This document shows positions 15,164 through 30,330 of a stretch of DNA of 64,000 nt, piece after piece. The position numbers and the translations under genes are program-made. The stretch is from assembly GCA_012295275.1 (NCBI GenBank), contig CM022670.1, positions 6,696,001 through 6,760,000 on the forward strand. The letters run 5' to 3'. This DNA is from Chrysomallon squamiferum (lineage: Eukaryota > Animalia > Mollusca). The notes under the pieces were generated by a model. That model saw nothing but the letters and a program-made list of their open reading frames with translations. It was not told the origin of the DNA and searched no databases. Each line of letters starts with the position of its first letter. Position 1 is the first letter of the stretch.

Positions 15164-15587
15164 TAGAAATGTGCGTAATCCAATAACGGAATGGATGCAC
15201 TTGGGAAAATATCAATCTTCAATTACGACTGGCGAGTATTGACAAAGCTGACGTGAAGAGAAAAAGTCGACTAAATTACATTCTCGAAAGAAGCAAAAAA
15301 GTCTAGCAACTGAATCGTAGTCTTTTGTTCTTTGGTGCATCTTTGTATCTATACACTTACTAATCCGGTCTTTAATCTATAGTTAGTTTACGCAGCGTAT
15401 TTTATTCTGTATCCTAGTTATCACTAATATGTGCATAGATTTACTGTACCTATTAATCTGTATAGTTAGACTTAGTCTTCATTTTAGTCATATTCCACTG
15501 ATCTTAATAAAAAGTTAGTTTAACATCACCCAGTATAACTAATGTACGTTTAGTCACAATATCAGTCAACAAAGCGTTAGTGACCTT

Positions 15588-15920
15588 TGTCTAAAAAACT
15601 AATTATAGTATTGTGTCTAATAAATTAATTACAGTATTGTGTCTAAAAAAAACTGATTATAGTATTGTGTCTAATAAACTAATTATAGTATTGTGTCTAA
15701 TAAACTAATTATAGTATTGTGTCTAAAAAAACTAATTATAGTATTGTGTCTAAAAAAACTAATTATAATGTGTCTAAAAAACTAACTATAATCTTGTCTA
15801 AAAAACTAATTATAATATTGTGTCTAAAAAACTGATTATAATACTATGTCTAATAAACTGATTATAATACTATGTCTAAAAAACTGATTATAATACTGTC
15901 TAATAAACTGATTATAATAT
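15588..15920. repeat. Minisatellite, ~27-29-bp unit x~12
   Basis: tgtctaa(a/t)aaact(a/g)attatagtattg repeated. Confidence 0.9.
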
Positions 15921-16698
15921 TGCCAGTTAACACAGGAAAAACTAGCAACTAAAAAACATGAATTGTTTTCTTTACAACAGCACTGTCATGTGTTTCGTTG
16001 TAGCCAGCTTCTTTTATCTTTTATTTATTTATTTGTTTATTTATTTATTTATTGACTTACTTACTTATTTATTGACTTACTTACTTATTTATTTACTTAT
16101 TTATTTATTTATTTTATTTATTTACTTTTTATTTTTGTTAACACTTAATTTGTACAAACTGCAGTTACCATAACAGCAAAAATTGTTTATTTTTATTATT
16201 GAAATTTATTTCGTTTCAACATATATCTCTATAAAGCTTTTTCTCGGAAGGTCGTTAACCAAAGCTGGTATTGCTTCTTCATTCAGAATATCTTACATTT
16301 CTACCATTGTGCAGTTTAGAAAACACTGTAAAGGCAAAATGGTTTCTAACAACATGATAGTAAATTTAATTGTCTGCAAAACTAATGATATAATACTAAA
16401 TACGGTTAGCCAACAGTAGACTTGAAAATAAAATAATAAACTTGATTCGATGGCTTAAGGCTCCATAATGCGACACTAGTCTTTGGGTTTTTTCATCTTG
16501 GCTGAAAAAAAAAAACTGTTTCTATCGATGATTGAACAACTCCAGTTTTCACGTAGTTTCAAAACTGATCTAACATACGATGTCAAATCATTTCACAGGC
16601 CGCCATTTTGTTGCCGCAGAAAAATATTGATCCCTGATTAAAGGAAAAATTCTGTGCATAAATTTTTTATCGTGAAGATTTTTTGAAATAGAAAAAAG

Positions 16699-16731
<33 letters not shown>

Positions 16732-16981
16732 AAAAAGAAAAAAAGCTATTTCGGTTTAGTGATAGTAATAAATGAAAGCTGGAAGCTCCTTTTCTTTCTT
16801 TTTTATGTCTTCTTTCGTATTTGCACGTCAATATCCATATAAAGTCATTTCAAACGTAATAAAGTGAACTCTGCTTTCGTGAAGCAAAAGCAGATAGTAA
16901 CAGCCGCAGCATAAGTAGTAGTAGTAGTTAATGATGATGATGATGATGATAAGCAAATAATGTGCGCAAGTGTTGATGTGT

Positions 16982-17030
<49 letters not shown>

Positions 17031-18964
17031 TATGTATATATATTAGTTTATATTTAAAATGCCTATCACTGGTATATGTAGCAGTTCCCGATGTAGCAAC
17101 TATACTTTTTCGCTTCAAGCTAGTGCCTTACTGTGGTTTATTAAATGTTGTGGTATGTGATATGTTGACTTTTGGAAATGCTTAAAAGAAACAATACATT
17201 GCGTTAATTGATAGCCTGTAGTAGCAAATGTGTTTCTCGTTAAAAACAAACAACACTTAAAATCAGCAAATATTCATGTAGGACTTTTAATAAAGCTATT
17301 AATAAAATGAGTCAGAGTATAATTAAAAAGATTCATCCGTCTCGTCTATGTATATGTTGTTATGCGTATTGTGTTTCTGTATGTTTGTATATGCACGCGT
17401 GTGTATGTGTGATATGTTTGTGTATATATGTTTGTATGTGTGTGTATATATGTTTGTATGTGTGTGTTTGTGTCTGTGTGTGTGTGTCTTTGTGTTTGTG
17501 TTTGTGTGAATATGTTTATTTGCATCTAGGTCACTTATGTACTGTGTGTTAACACTGAATTGTTTCCAGTTACTCGGTCATACTTCAGTTACCACGTTGT
17601 AATTTTAGCAGGACAATTCATAAAATAATTTTAAAAAGTCGACTGAACAGAGTCAACGTTTAGTGTGACATTACTGTTATTGTTTAATAATTTATATCCT
17701 GTTCTTCAGTACAAAAAACATTAATATCAATAATCTCGGAGATAAATAGCACAATTGTTGCTAAGAAGCGTGACTTCATTATTAGTATTAAAACGTGTTT
17801 ACATAAACCGAAGTTCAAGGACGCCTGTCCAGGGTGATCTGTTGAAGTCAGTGAGCAAGAGGATTACCTGGGAGAAGAGACAGATTAATTGTGAATAAAA
17901 TCTCTCCCTGTGTTTGATCCATCCAATTGCTTACAGGCAATGGGGTGTGCTTTGTCTTTCATGTAAAATATATCAAGTAAAACACTGGTATCATGTTGCG
18001 TGAGTTAATATTTATGTACTACTTAAAAATAAATAAATAAATAAATATATAAAATAGAAAACAAAACAAAAACAACAACAACAAAACAAACATTTATACT
18101 GTTATTTAATCACTTTGAAGACTTGAAGACTATTTCTCTGTTTGTCTCGTTTTGCGTCTGTATGTCCTTCTCTATCTCTGTCTTTCTCTGTCTATCTCTC
18201 TGTCTTTTTCTGTCTCTCTCTGACTCTCAGTATGTCTATCTCTGTCGTTTTTTCTGTAACTCTGTCTCTCTACGTCTTTGCCTTTCTGTATCTCTCTTTA
18301 TCTAGCTGTATCTCTCTAAATATTTTTGTGAGAAGATTATATTCGACTCTGTTTACACAGATTCTCACATATCTAATGATTCACACATATAATAACAATT
18401 CGCTGACGGAGCATGCCAATTGTTATAGTTAATACTTGACTTCTGAATTCGCTAGCACAGCTTCTGTCACACTCTTATTAGAGCTTTTATAACATCACCA
18501 ACCTTGCCGATTCGGTTAGAGCATCCACAAAAAACTCACGGCAACAACTGCAGTGTAAAAATTTTTAAAAATGGCTCTGTGACTGAAATAACTGACTTTC
18601 TGACTCTCACTTCGCTTCTGGCCCGAAGACAAGTGATGATGGCGTCTCGGTTTGTATGAAGCCTGGAGACGCGAAGACGCGAAGACTGCTGCTAATAATA
18701 TCTGAAGTGGTTAGTGTGTGACAAACAGACACCAAGACTGTGTGATTTTCTTATTTCTTTCTGGCTTTAAAACCACCTCAACCTTGATTCTCGAGCTCGG
18801 GGCAATCGCTCTAGATAATTAAGTCAGGACATTGTTTCACGCCTTCGTTTAACGATTTTCCCGTCATAAACAACTTAGAGCTACTGGGAATATTCACTAA
18901 GTGCTTGTGATTTGTTCACACTCGCTTTTCTTTACTTGTTGTCGCTGTCAGTATTTTGCAACAA

Positions 18965-19228
18965 CAGAAATAGTAATAGAAGTAGTAGTGGTAGTAATAG
19001 TAGTAGTAGTAGTATTTTTTGTTGTTGTAAAGTGGTAATAAGAATCTATGTGGTAGTATTAGTAATAGTAGTTGAAGTAGTAGTAGTAGTAACTTTTGCT
19101 ATATAGGTGTAGTAATAGTAGTAATATTAATAGTAGTGGTAGTAATGTTAATAATAGTAGTAGAAGAAATAATAGTAGTAATGGAGGTGGCAGTAGTTGT
19201 AGTAATAATAATAGTGATAGTTGTAGTA

Positions 19229-19283
<55 letters not shown>

Positions 19284-19290
19284 CAATTCA
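18965..19290. repeat. (AGT)n/(AAT)n low-complexity tract
   Basis: Direct inspection. Confidence 0.9.
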
Positions 19291-19650
19291 AGGCACTTTC
19301 ATCAGGTTTCGACTGAACATCTTCACTCTCGATACAACGTCATCGAAAAAGCAGTAAGCGAATGGTTCCAGTGTTAGGTTTAATGTAAAATAATGAGGGG
19401 CTTTCCTGTCTGGACAATTCTGGTTGTCTCGTTATTGACGTGATCACTGAGTCTAAACAAATTATCTTTTGTTGAAGTATTTTAGGTTTTTCCTTGACTG
19501 ATTTGCACAATGGTAATTAGTGTCAGAAATATGTATTACACGTTTCTTACAGGTTCAGATTTTAACTGACCGTAAAAACTGTGTGCCTAGTATGTGAATA
19601 AATTATTTTCCAAAATTTAACCTGGTTTATTTTTCATGAAAGTGTCGTTT

Positions 19651-19705
<55 letters not shown>

Positions 19706-19907
19706 TATAATAATAACAGCAGCAGAAGTAGTAACTGTAGCAGTAGTAGTAGCAGACGTAATAGTGATTGTAGTAGCATCTGTAATAGTAGCTTTAGGCA
19801 GTGCTGGTAGAGTAGGTTAACATAAGCAGACCATTACAACTAATTTCAACTGCTATTACTACTATTATTGCTACTCCGATTAATAAAACTAATTATTATA
19901 ATACTAA

Positions 19908-19942
<35 letters not shown>

Positions 19943-19991
19943 ATTATAAAAAAAGTAAGTAAACATTAGAAAGAAAGAAAGAAAAAAGAAA

Positions 19992-20079
<88 letters not shown>

Positions 20080-20599
20080 TCGAAATCTAAAGCCTTGGAA
20101 GTTGTAGAAGCCTTACTTGGCACCATTATCAGAAAATACGTCTGTAACAAATGAAATTAAATTTTAAGAAGCACTTAAGGTCATTGTGTACAGTTTATTC
20201 AGCTTCTTCTAAATCCGGTCCCTCGTCTCATGTTGATCAGTATACACGGACGCAGATTTTAAGATCTGTGTTTGAAGTACAACATGAGATCAACCACGGC
20301 GGCGTAGTGAGACCGCTGCAGCTGTCGCCGCAAACGTGACAGACAAAGAGGACAACATGTGGTCATTAACGGGGAATTGTGACACCAAACAGTCTGCAGT
20401 GTTTGAAGGAGGAAGCTGGAAATATTAGTTGAGATGATTGGCAGTTTGGTTAATTTCACACTGAATACAGAGATTTATTAGCCGTATTACTAACACAATT
20501 TGTTTAGTGTCTCTATCTCTCTTCGTGTAAATGTATGTATCTCGTTACTTTAAATAAAGTAGCACTGTTCTCATAGTTAGTAAAAATGTATTACAGTAC

Positions 20600-20631
<32 letters not shown>

Positions 20632-20718
20632 GTTACTGTTATTATTTTTTTTAAAATATTATTTCCAATATTTGTGAAATAAAAAAAAAAAAAAAAAAAA
20701 AAATAATAATAATAATAA

Positions 20719-20749
<31 letters not shown>

Positions 20750-21359
20750 AAGAAAAGAAAAAAAAAAAAAAAAAAAAAAAAATAAAAAAAAAAAAAAAAA
20801 AATAATAAAAAAAAATAAAATAAAATAAAAAAAAAAAAAAAAAAAAAATAAAATAAAGAATGTACAGAAAGAAATCTAAAAATATTTGAAAATTAAGAAA
20901 AAAAAAAAAAGCAGCGCTTTTTGCCTTTATGGAATTTGCATCTGATCAGGCGCTTACCAAGGTCATGCCTTGGTTTTAACTAACTGTGATCAAACCCTGG
21001 TAAGCTCACCCAGAATTCACTGCAAAAAGTGTAAAAACCACCATAGCTGTTACGTTCACTAATCTTCTAACACTTGTCACGAGCAGACAACTCTGTAGCC
21101 TGATTGTGTGAGCACGGCGGGCGTGCTTAAACCTTCTAACGACGTGAGCGTGTTTGAAAAGATCGCTGGCTGTACCGGCAAGCAGCAGAAACAGATAATC
21201 GCGTAACATGGCTGACGGGTTATGTCATTGGCGAAAACACTTAACTGAGCGTGAGTAATTCTCTGTAAGGAAATAACATCCACGGCTTATATCAACGTGC
21301 CTCATTAGTTTCTCAGAGTCTGTATACTTCTCAGTAGTGTGTCTTAGCCAGGATTAAGT

Positions 21360-21760
21360 AGCATTTAAACACAGACGTAGCATATTTATTTACTGTCGTT
21401 TAAACATACAAACGTAGGATATTTTATAAGCAATTAGACGCATAATCGTAGGATATTTATTAACACTGAAATGTGTTGTAGAAAATTTATAATCATGTGA
21501 ACGTATAGACGAGAATATTTATAATCATGTGAACGTATAGACGAGAATATTTATAATCATTTTACATGTATACGTACAGAAACAGAGAATATTTGTAATC
21601 ATTTATACATATAAACATGGAATATTTGTAATAATTTATACATATAAACATGGAATATTTGTAATCATTTATACATATATACATGGAATACTTTTAATCA
21701 TTTTATATATATATATACGTAGAATATTTACTGCCAGTCAAACGTATGAACGTAGGATAT
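21360..21760. repeat. Degenerate ~31-bp tandem repeat
   Basis: Recurring gaatatttataatcat..acatata..acg units. Confidence 0.75.
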
Positions 21761-23373
21761 ATGAACGAACTGTATTACTCTATTGATCCAAGTATGGTAT
21801 AAACATCTGGTTTTCGTTACAGTTTTGTTTTTAATTTTTCATACTTTAAAACAGATTTACTGTCTAGTCTGTCAGTCTGCGAAATAAATTTGTCTTCATA
21901 AATATACTGCATGTCTGTGTTTGCTCATTTATATTTTGATGTTTATTTTTGCAATAATAGTTTGCTTTTTTACATGATCTGTTCTCTATATTTTTCTGAT
22001 TTATTTATCTGTTCTGGCTAATTATTTCACTGGTAAATTAAAAACTGAACCGAATACAGAGATAATAATAGCACTTAAAAATGTAATTTCTCTTCGTTTT
22101 TATCTCCAGCATGTTGTTCAGTCTTCCACTAACTGCCACCATGTTACGTTTTGACCCGTTTGTTAAGCTGATAATTGTGGATGTAAGTACAATTATTCTT
22201 AATCTGTAGTTATTTAACAAAGCACTTAAATAAGCCAACACTGGCGAAAAAAAAAATCTGTGTCGGGTGTCAGAAACATTGGCTGCACGCCATAACAAGA
22301 TCGCTGTGAAGCTGTCGGTGTCCATGTTGTTGTGTTAATCAACCGAAACCCGAAACGAAGCTACGCTTTCTACCCTGCGTAATGAAACTGGAAATTACCA
22401 GTTGATAGACTTTCGTCAAGGAAAGTCGAAGTGTTTGTTGGCAAAGGGCGAATCAATAACGTAAAGGAGAAAAATATCTTTGATGGTTTAATGAGACGAA
22501 GCTGGTGTAAATTATAAACAGTAAACCTTTAGTCTGACACGGCCGGTGTAATTTATAATTATCCCATTCTAAATAGTGTGCATCTGGTATCAGCCACGAC
22601 TACTTCTTCTAAATCATGCCTCGTTTTCATTTGAATTGGTGTAATATGATTTATTTCTCTTTTTACTGTTTTTTAACTTTGAGTATATATATATATATAT
22701 ATATAATTTATATATTATTGTAACTAAAGATTTTGAAATTTACCAAAAAAATTTAATTGGCAGGATTGTTAAATATACAGGTTAATTGTTTTGTCAGATC
22801 GTGTGTGTGTGTGTGTGTGTGTGTGTCAGTGTGTGTATAAAAGATGTGTTGATCAAAGAGTTTAATAAATATTGGAGAAGTGTGGTTTCAACATATTTTT
22901 ACACATGTAATTTGTAACTGTCGCATTAAAGCATTTAATTCACACTAATTTGTTACAAAACACACTGATGTTCACTAAGAAGGCCATCTGCTGTTAACAA
23001 TAAATCAAAGTAAAGTGTTTGGTTAGTATCACAACAGTCCGCTGTGTCTAGATACACGTCTCCTGAAAATGTACTAAATGTTGTTACCATGTGTGTCATA
23101 TCAACAGTGGTTCACTTAATAATTATACTAATGATATTTAAAATAAATAAATGATTAAATAAATAATAAGTGATAAATACATAAACACATAAATATATCA
23201 AATACAATAAAATAAAGTATATATAAAAAAATAAATCAAATAAAAATATATAAAATAATATACAATAAAATGAAATTAAAATAAATGAATAAATAATTAA
23301 TGGACTTTTACATATGTATCTTCGTATTTAATGAGGACAATTTCAATCACGAGTGAACAGTTGTTTTGGAAGT

Positions 23374-23437
<64 letters not shown>

Positions 23438-23547
23438 TTATAACGTGACTTGTTTCAGTGTCGTTCACCCGCGACTAAATTTCCATAAGATTTTCAACGC
23501 ATTTTTCTAGTTTCCTTCACCCTAAGTAATTTCATCAACCTTTATAT

Positions 23548-23852
23548 CACAGGTTTTCAACCTGTGGGTCGCGAACCCCAGAGGGGTCGGCAGCCTTTTT
23601 TTCTGGGGGTCGCGAGATCGTTCTTCAGCGAGGGTATATTTTAGCTTTTTTCAACTTGACTGTTGTGAAAATAAAAACGTGTAGACAGGCTTGGGACCCG
23701 TCATAGTGAATATAGATTCCTTTTGTACTGTCTTTGGTTGGTGAAAATATGGTAACCGTAGATATTATTGAATCAGAAATTTTAAAGGGAGTCATCGGTC
23801 ATATTGAGTTGATCATTAGGGGTCGCGTTATGAAAAAGGTTGAACACCTATG
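23548..23852. mobile_element. hAT (Charlie-like) MITE
   Basis: 16-bp TIRs cacaggttttcaacct / aggttgaacacctatg (2 mismatches), repeated GGGGTCGCG subterminal motifs, degenerate 8-bp TSD. Confidence 0.75.
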
Positions 23853-24422
23853 ATTTTAGATAAACTATTCACCAGTACAAGAGTTTGTGAAAAGTATTCA
23901 GATAACTGAGATGAAGATAACAAATACGTGCTAAAAATATCTGATTTAGAACACGTGCAATCTCTTGGAAGCTTGTGACTAAATATATTGTGACTGTTCA
24001 CCACAGTTTTGTATAAACAGTATGGACAGGTTTTAATGAAAAGATGATGACATAATCAATAAATTACACACTTTGATTCCTGTAGCTCCAGATTTATATT
24101 CTTTGTCAATGTTAGACAGATGAACAAGGCAATTTATTTATAAATGTTTTCTACTCCAAACCTTAATTTGAGTCGTATAAAATTACCATAGTTCTCACAA
24201 CAGCTATTAATCTTCTCAAAATAACAAAATGCAATACGAAATCAGTCACACTTGACGGGATTTTCCGATTATCGTCACACTCCAGCGATCAGACAACTCT
24301 GAGCACTGCAATTCACCCGGTAATGAGTTTCGATAACACCGTAAAATTACACATTATTTTTACAAGCGTGCTCAGGCGAGGAGGGCGCACTCCCGTTCAT
24401 ATTTTTTTTTGCTGATCACCTC

Positions 24423-24454
<32 letters not shown>

Positions 24455-24822
24455 ATTTACTTGTTCTCTCTCACAGTTTTATTATTTTATTCATTTGCTA
24501 GTTATTTAGGTTTATAATTAAATTTATTTCCTCTTACAAATTTGCTATTTTTGTACTCTATGATGTTACCCCCTCCCTTTTGTGATGTTTTGGATTCTCC
24601 CGGGCGTCATTTCACCATGTGAGCAATTTATCCGGCGTACTCTTGGGAATGAAGCTAAAGGAATATAACTTTATTGATTTCAGAGTTTGTACCAGTTACG
24701 ACAGACACTGATAAAAGCCTTTCTGCATTTTGAGCTTTATATATGACCTACACGAAATCGAAGAAAATTATCTTTGTGGATGAAAGACTTCTCCAGAATC
24801 GAGCAGCATTGATTGTCTACGA

Positions 24823-24853
<31 letters not shown>

Positions 24854-25404
24854 TAGAAATTAAATGGTAGAAAACAAACAGCAAAAAACGAAGAGCGAAA
24901 TGGAAACTGCACACGTAATGTCTAATCTATTAACTAACGTTTATGACGTATTAAAAGTGTGCTTTTATAGTCGTAGGAACAAATGGCTTTAATGCATTGA
25001 AATGTAACGACAGCCGACTGGCTCCTATGATGATCTAAGTATCTTAATTTATGTTAAAACACCAGTTGTTCATGAAAGAAGATAAAACTTAAGAAGAAGA
25101 AGAAAATTAAAAATATGATGATGAAGTAGAAAGTCTAAGAAGCAAAAGAAGTACCAGTTATAGAAGAAGATGAAGAAGATTACGAAGATCAAAAAGAAGA
25201 AAGCTACAAATAAAAAGAACGCGGTGTTTCAGTCGAGGAGCGAAATACAAAACATATATTTATATGTACACTAATTATAGCCTGGCAAGCTTCCAGGCAT
25301 TGCTAAATACTTCCTAATAGGATGAAGTAAAACCACATAAAACACACACAGAGCATTAGGTAACACTAAGTAAATAGTAACCGCAAGGTAACTGAATTTT
25401 CTCT

Positions 25405-26120
25405 ACGAAATAACCTATATCCTCAACTTCGTTAAAATAACTAGATTATGAACTGTTATGAATAACCTAAACCAAGAACTATTTTGAATAACCTATATCA
25501 TGAACTGTGTTTAAATAACCTTTATCATGAACTACATTAAAATAATCTGAATGATAAACTATGTGGAAATAACCGATTTCATGAACTATATTGAGATAAT
25601 CTACATCATGAACTATGTTAAATAACCATGTTGATAATCTGGTGATGTAAGGTTAAGTAGTCGATGTACATATGTTGATGAGTTGGTGATGTAGGATTAA
25701 CTGGTAGAAGATACACATATGTTGATGTACTAGTGATGTAAATTAACTAGTAGAAGATACACATATGTCGATGTATTAGTGATGTAAGGTTAATTACTAG
25801 AAAATACAGATATGTTGATGTATTAGTGATGTAAAGTTAACTAGTAAATATACACATATGTTGATGTACTAGTGATGTAAATTAACTAGTAGAAGATACA
25901 CATGTTGATGTATTAGTGATGAAAAGTTAACTGGTAGATGTACTTATGTTGATGTGTTAGTGATATTAAGTTAACTGGTAGAAGAAGATACACAGATTTT
26001 GATGTACTAGTGATATAAAATTCACTGGCGAAAGATACACATATATTGATGTATTGGTGACGTAGGGTCAACAGGCAAAAGATACACACATGTTGATGTA
26101 TTGGTGACGTAGTGTTAACT
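25405..26120. repeat. Two adjacent degenerate minisatellites (~29-bp unit to ~25630, then ~45-bp unit x~10)
   Basis: aataacctatatcatgaactatgtt units followed by gatacacatatgttgatgtactagtgatgtaaattaactagtagaa units. Confidence 0.85.
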
Positions 26121-26260
26121 GATACTGCTGTTATTGCATGCTGCGGGTTACCTCGTACATTACATGCACCTGCTGCTCCCACGTTGTTATTTGATAATGT
26201 AGATACAACGTGTATGACATCTTCTCTGACTGACGTTGTTTAATCCTTCTGTCATACATT

Positions 26261-26463
<203 letters not shown>

Positions 26464-28683
26464 ATTATGCAATTAGATTTAGTTCGTATGAGTCCGCGAT
26501 ATTTGTATGTATGTGTGTGTATGTATGTACGTTTGTATGTTTGAATGCGTTTCTCTCTCTGTGTGTGTGTGTGTGTGTGCTGGAAAATCTTCTTTTTTGA
26601 TTTTTATTCTGACCTTGGAGCTTACGACAAAATTATTCAAGAAGTGCAGTTTTAATATATTTTAACAGATGCAATTTTTAGCTCCTGTATTAACGTATAT
26701 AAATCCCTTGGTACATCCTTTCCTGTCTTAGAGAAGGTATAACGCAAAGATAATATACTGCTAATGGATAAAAATAGCTCTTGGAGTGATGCCATGGTAT
26801 TACACACACACACACGCGCACACTCGTGCACATATACACGTATATACACATACATACATACACACATACACCAAAAAACAACCAACCTATAAGACCAGCA
26901 CGTTTTCAACACTAACTGACTGTTTATATTAAACGATTCGTTAAAAAGTATTCATTTATTCACTCACTGTTTGTCTCAAGACTGTCTGCAATCTCAGAGC
27001 TAATCTGGACGAGGTCACGTGGTCCCCACATGTACTATACCGGCCGCATTTTTGCGTTAACTAAATGAAACATTTTCTCAGGCTGTATTTATTTTCTAAA
27101 AAGGATTCCCAAGACACTGTTGTTTTATTGATCGTCTGGAGTAGGTAGAAAGTTTTGATTTATTACGTGTTAGTAAGTCTACTAGGCTCATCACATCACT
27201 TGACTATTTGACGCTATAACCAGACACCAGCTAGCAGCCCTTGCGATCACCTTAAAGCACGCGCTCGGCGCGAGATAGGTCAGAGGGTCAAACATCAAAC
27301 CTTGTCTATATCGATATAAGAAACAGAAAAAAAAAGGGTTTTGTTTCTTCTTCTTCTTCTTTTTTACTACGATATTAGCGACTCGATCTTTGGTAAAGGA
27401 AGATTTTCTGGCTGATAAGGTCATTTATTCCTTCGACATTTGATTAAACAAGACTTTTGTGCCTTGACTGAAGTTATCTTGATTAAAACAAAGTCCATTT
27501 TTCTTTTCTGTGATGTTATTCGTTTGGTCTTTTTAAGCCGACATCTCTTGTTGAGTACATCTTGATAAAATCATCAGTAATCACAGATATTACGGCATTT
27601 GTGGTAAAAAAAATAATAAAAAATAAAAAAATCTTATTTGATAGTTAAAGAGAGAATTTTAAAAATGTATTTTTCAGCATTCTCTAACAATGATGATGAT
27701 TTTATTAAGTTATTTATTTGGTATTTTATCTTTATTTTTTATTTTATAAATATATGTTTATAAAATAGAACTGCTGTGGTTGAGACTTGTTTGTGGCTTG
27801 TTTACAAAAGCCTGTGATAAATATAAAGTAATACCTGTCATTAGAAACAACAGCCCATTAAATGTGAACTCAGGGTGTCCAGGATTATCATTACAAAAAT
27901 CATGACTGTCATCTGTCGTCAGCATAGATACATCTAGCGGTTCATTTAAAACGTCATGGTTGAAATCACATGCGTAGACTGAGAATGACGTAAATCATAT
28001 CAAATTTTACGGAAATAGTCTCTTAAAAGGTATTTTGTAAATTTTGTACGTCAGTGAATGAATATTTGTTTCACGCCATCTGATTTGACGCTGGCAGTCA
28101 AACACACAATTTTGGCCTAATTAGGGAAAATAGCCGTCAACACTATACGTTTTCTTACTCATGTTTTTATTTTAAAGCTTTTTTTTTTTTTTTTTTTTTT
28201 TTTAATAGAATAGCAGCCAGGATGTTTTCTTTTTACTTCAACAGGACAGAATGAGGAACACGATTTCATGAGCTAAACATGAAGCACTAGTATTAGAACG
28301 GAACATAAGAAAGAGGTCGTCACGTGACACAGCATTAACGCCCCTTCATTGTTGCAAATAGCTGTTATGAAGTATTGTGTAGTCTGGACTTAACCCATTT
28401 TCAGCGAAGAGTTAGTAAACTGAATTAGCCTCATAATAAAATATATCTGACACTAATAGCACGGTTAATACCAAAGTATAGAAGAATAGCTGTAGAGTTT
28501 GTGTTTAAATAAGCTGGTATGGTTTTTCTTAAAGAATCAGCCATTTTGATTTCTACAATTCCTTATTATCAATATAATGATTTACATTGAACGTACTTAT
28601 TTATGTATGTGTTTGCGTGAGTGTATTAGCGTTTTTTTTGTACATTTCATACTACATATAGCAAACGTTATAATTGTGGATAC

Positions 28684-28851
<168 letters not shown>

Positions 28852-30009
28852 ATGAAGTAAACAGAGTGGGGATTTGAAGTCTACGGGTTTACCTGGCAGA
28901 ATATATATATTTCTTTTGAATTATTTATGTGCCTAAAGTTCACTTCAGCAATTTATAATCATCGGCTTGTTATTTTCTTCACTCTGATCGGACTTGTAGT
29001 TGACGGAAGTAAACAGCAGATTCAGACTATTTTAATGTCAGTCACTTTTCTCACCTGTTCTAATGGACAAAGAACCGATAACAAATAGTATCTTTAGAAA
29101 CGTCCAAAGCAAACTTCTCTTCCCATCACACCTGTACACGAAATTAGCATAATTAACATATTTACAGTTAACACTTTAAGCAGGAAATACATTCTACAAC
29201 ATTTTATATTCAATCAGAACTGCATACAGCTCATTTTCGTCATACATTTATATTCATAACTCCTACATTTACATATACATTTTATCCTTAATGTTTCTAA
29301 ATACCAAATATATATTTATGCATAGTTGTTATTATTCTATTTGTCTGAGTGTATTTTTCAGAAACTGTAACATATCTGAATAATCGATAATAATCTATAT
29401 ACAGCGATCTGTATTATTTTACCTATCATTGTGTTTACAGGTGTGTGCTATTTGCACCTGTGATACAGAAGTAATTGTGTATGACAGTGTAACGTTACTG
29501 TGTCTTCACAATAACACTGTGTTTAATAAACAATGTTGTTATTGCAAACTGCTGGATGACTAATAGTTAAGGTATTAGACATATGCACACACACTCACAG
29601 AAACCACAACATACATATAATATATATTAGTTATAGAAAAATGTTTACTGCTGAAAATTAACTACTTGGTTTATTTTCCGTCTTCTTTTTTTTATTATGG
29701 TTTATAACGATTATTATCAGCGTTTTCAAGTACACTGTTGTTTATTGCAGGAAATATATATTTTTTATTAATAGTAGTCTAACTACTGGATGACATTTTG
29801 GAATTTTATAGATTATTTAATAAGCTGGATTGCAGACAATTATTTTTTTTCTCTCTCTCAGTTTTTTTCTTACTGCAAAAGATGTTTCAAATATAAGTAA
29901 CTGAAAGCATTCTGCAAAATTCTGATTACGTTTCTAAGACATGAAGATATCCAAACCGGATTAAAACTCTTTCGAAAAGCTGTACTGAAATTCAAATCAC
30001 GTTACTATG

Positions 30010-30330
30010 GCATCGGCGGTGTTTGAATCTTAAGGTCTGGGAACAAACTGGACCGAAATGTCTGATGTTTGCTAAGCTCGGAACGCTATAGGCAGGCACA
30101 TTTTATATTTGTCGAAGCCATCCTATTTTTGGATTATGGATTTATCGAGTGTTTCGGCGGCTCGCTCGGCGCGGACTATCTTATCTTTACGACTTACTGT
30201 CCATTGATATTCATTTACCACAGCACCGGCCGATACCCGCGACCAGCGGCATTCAACCAACAATAACCACACTCAATAGGAAAATTAATACTGACCTTTT
30301 CGATAGAGATTACTATCTCTCCAACATCCG
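30010..30330. promoter_or_regulatory. CpG-rich non-repetitive patch, possible promoter or 5'UTR exon
   Basis: Dense CpGs (cggcggctcgctcggcgcgg, ccggccgatacccgcg) in AT-rich surroundings; no convincing ORF. Confidence 0.3.
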
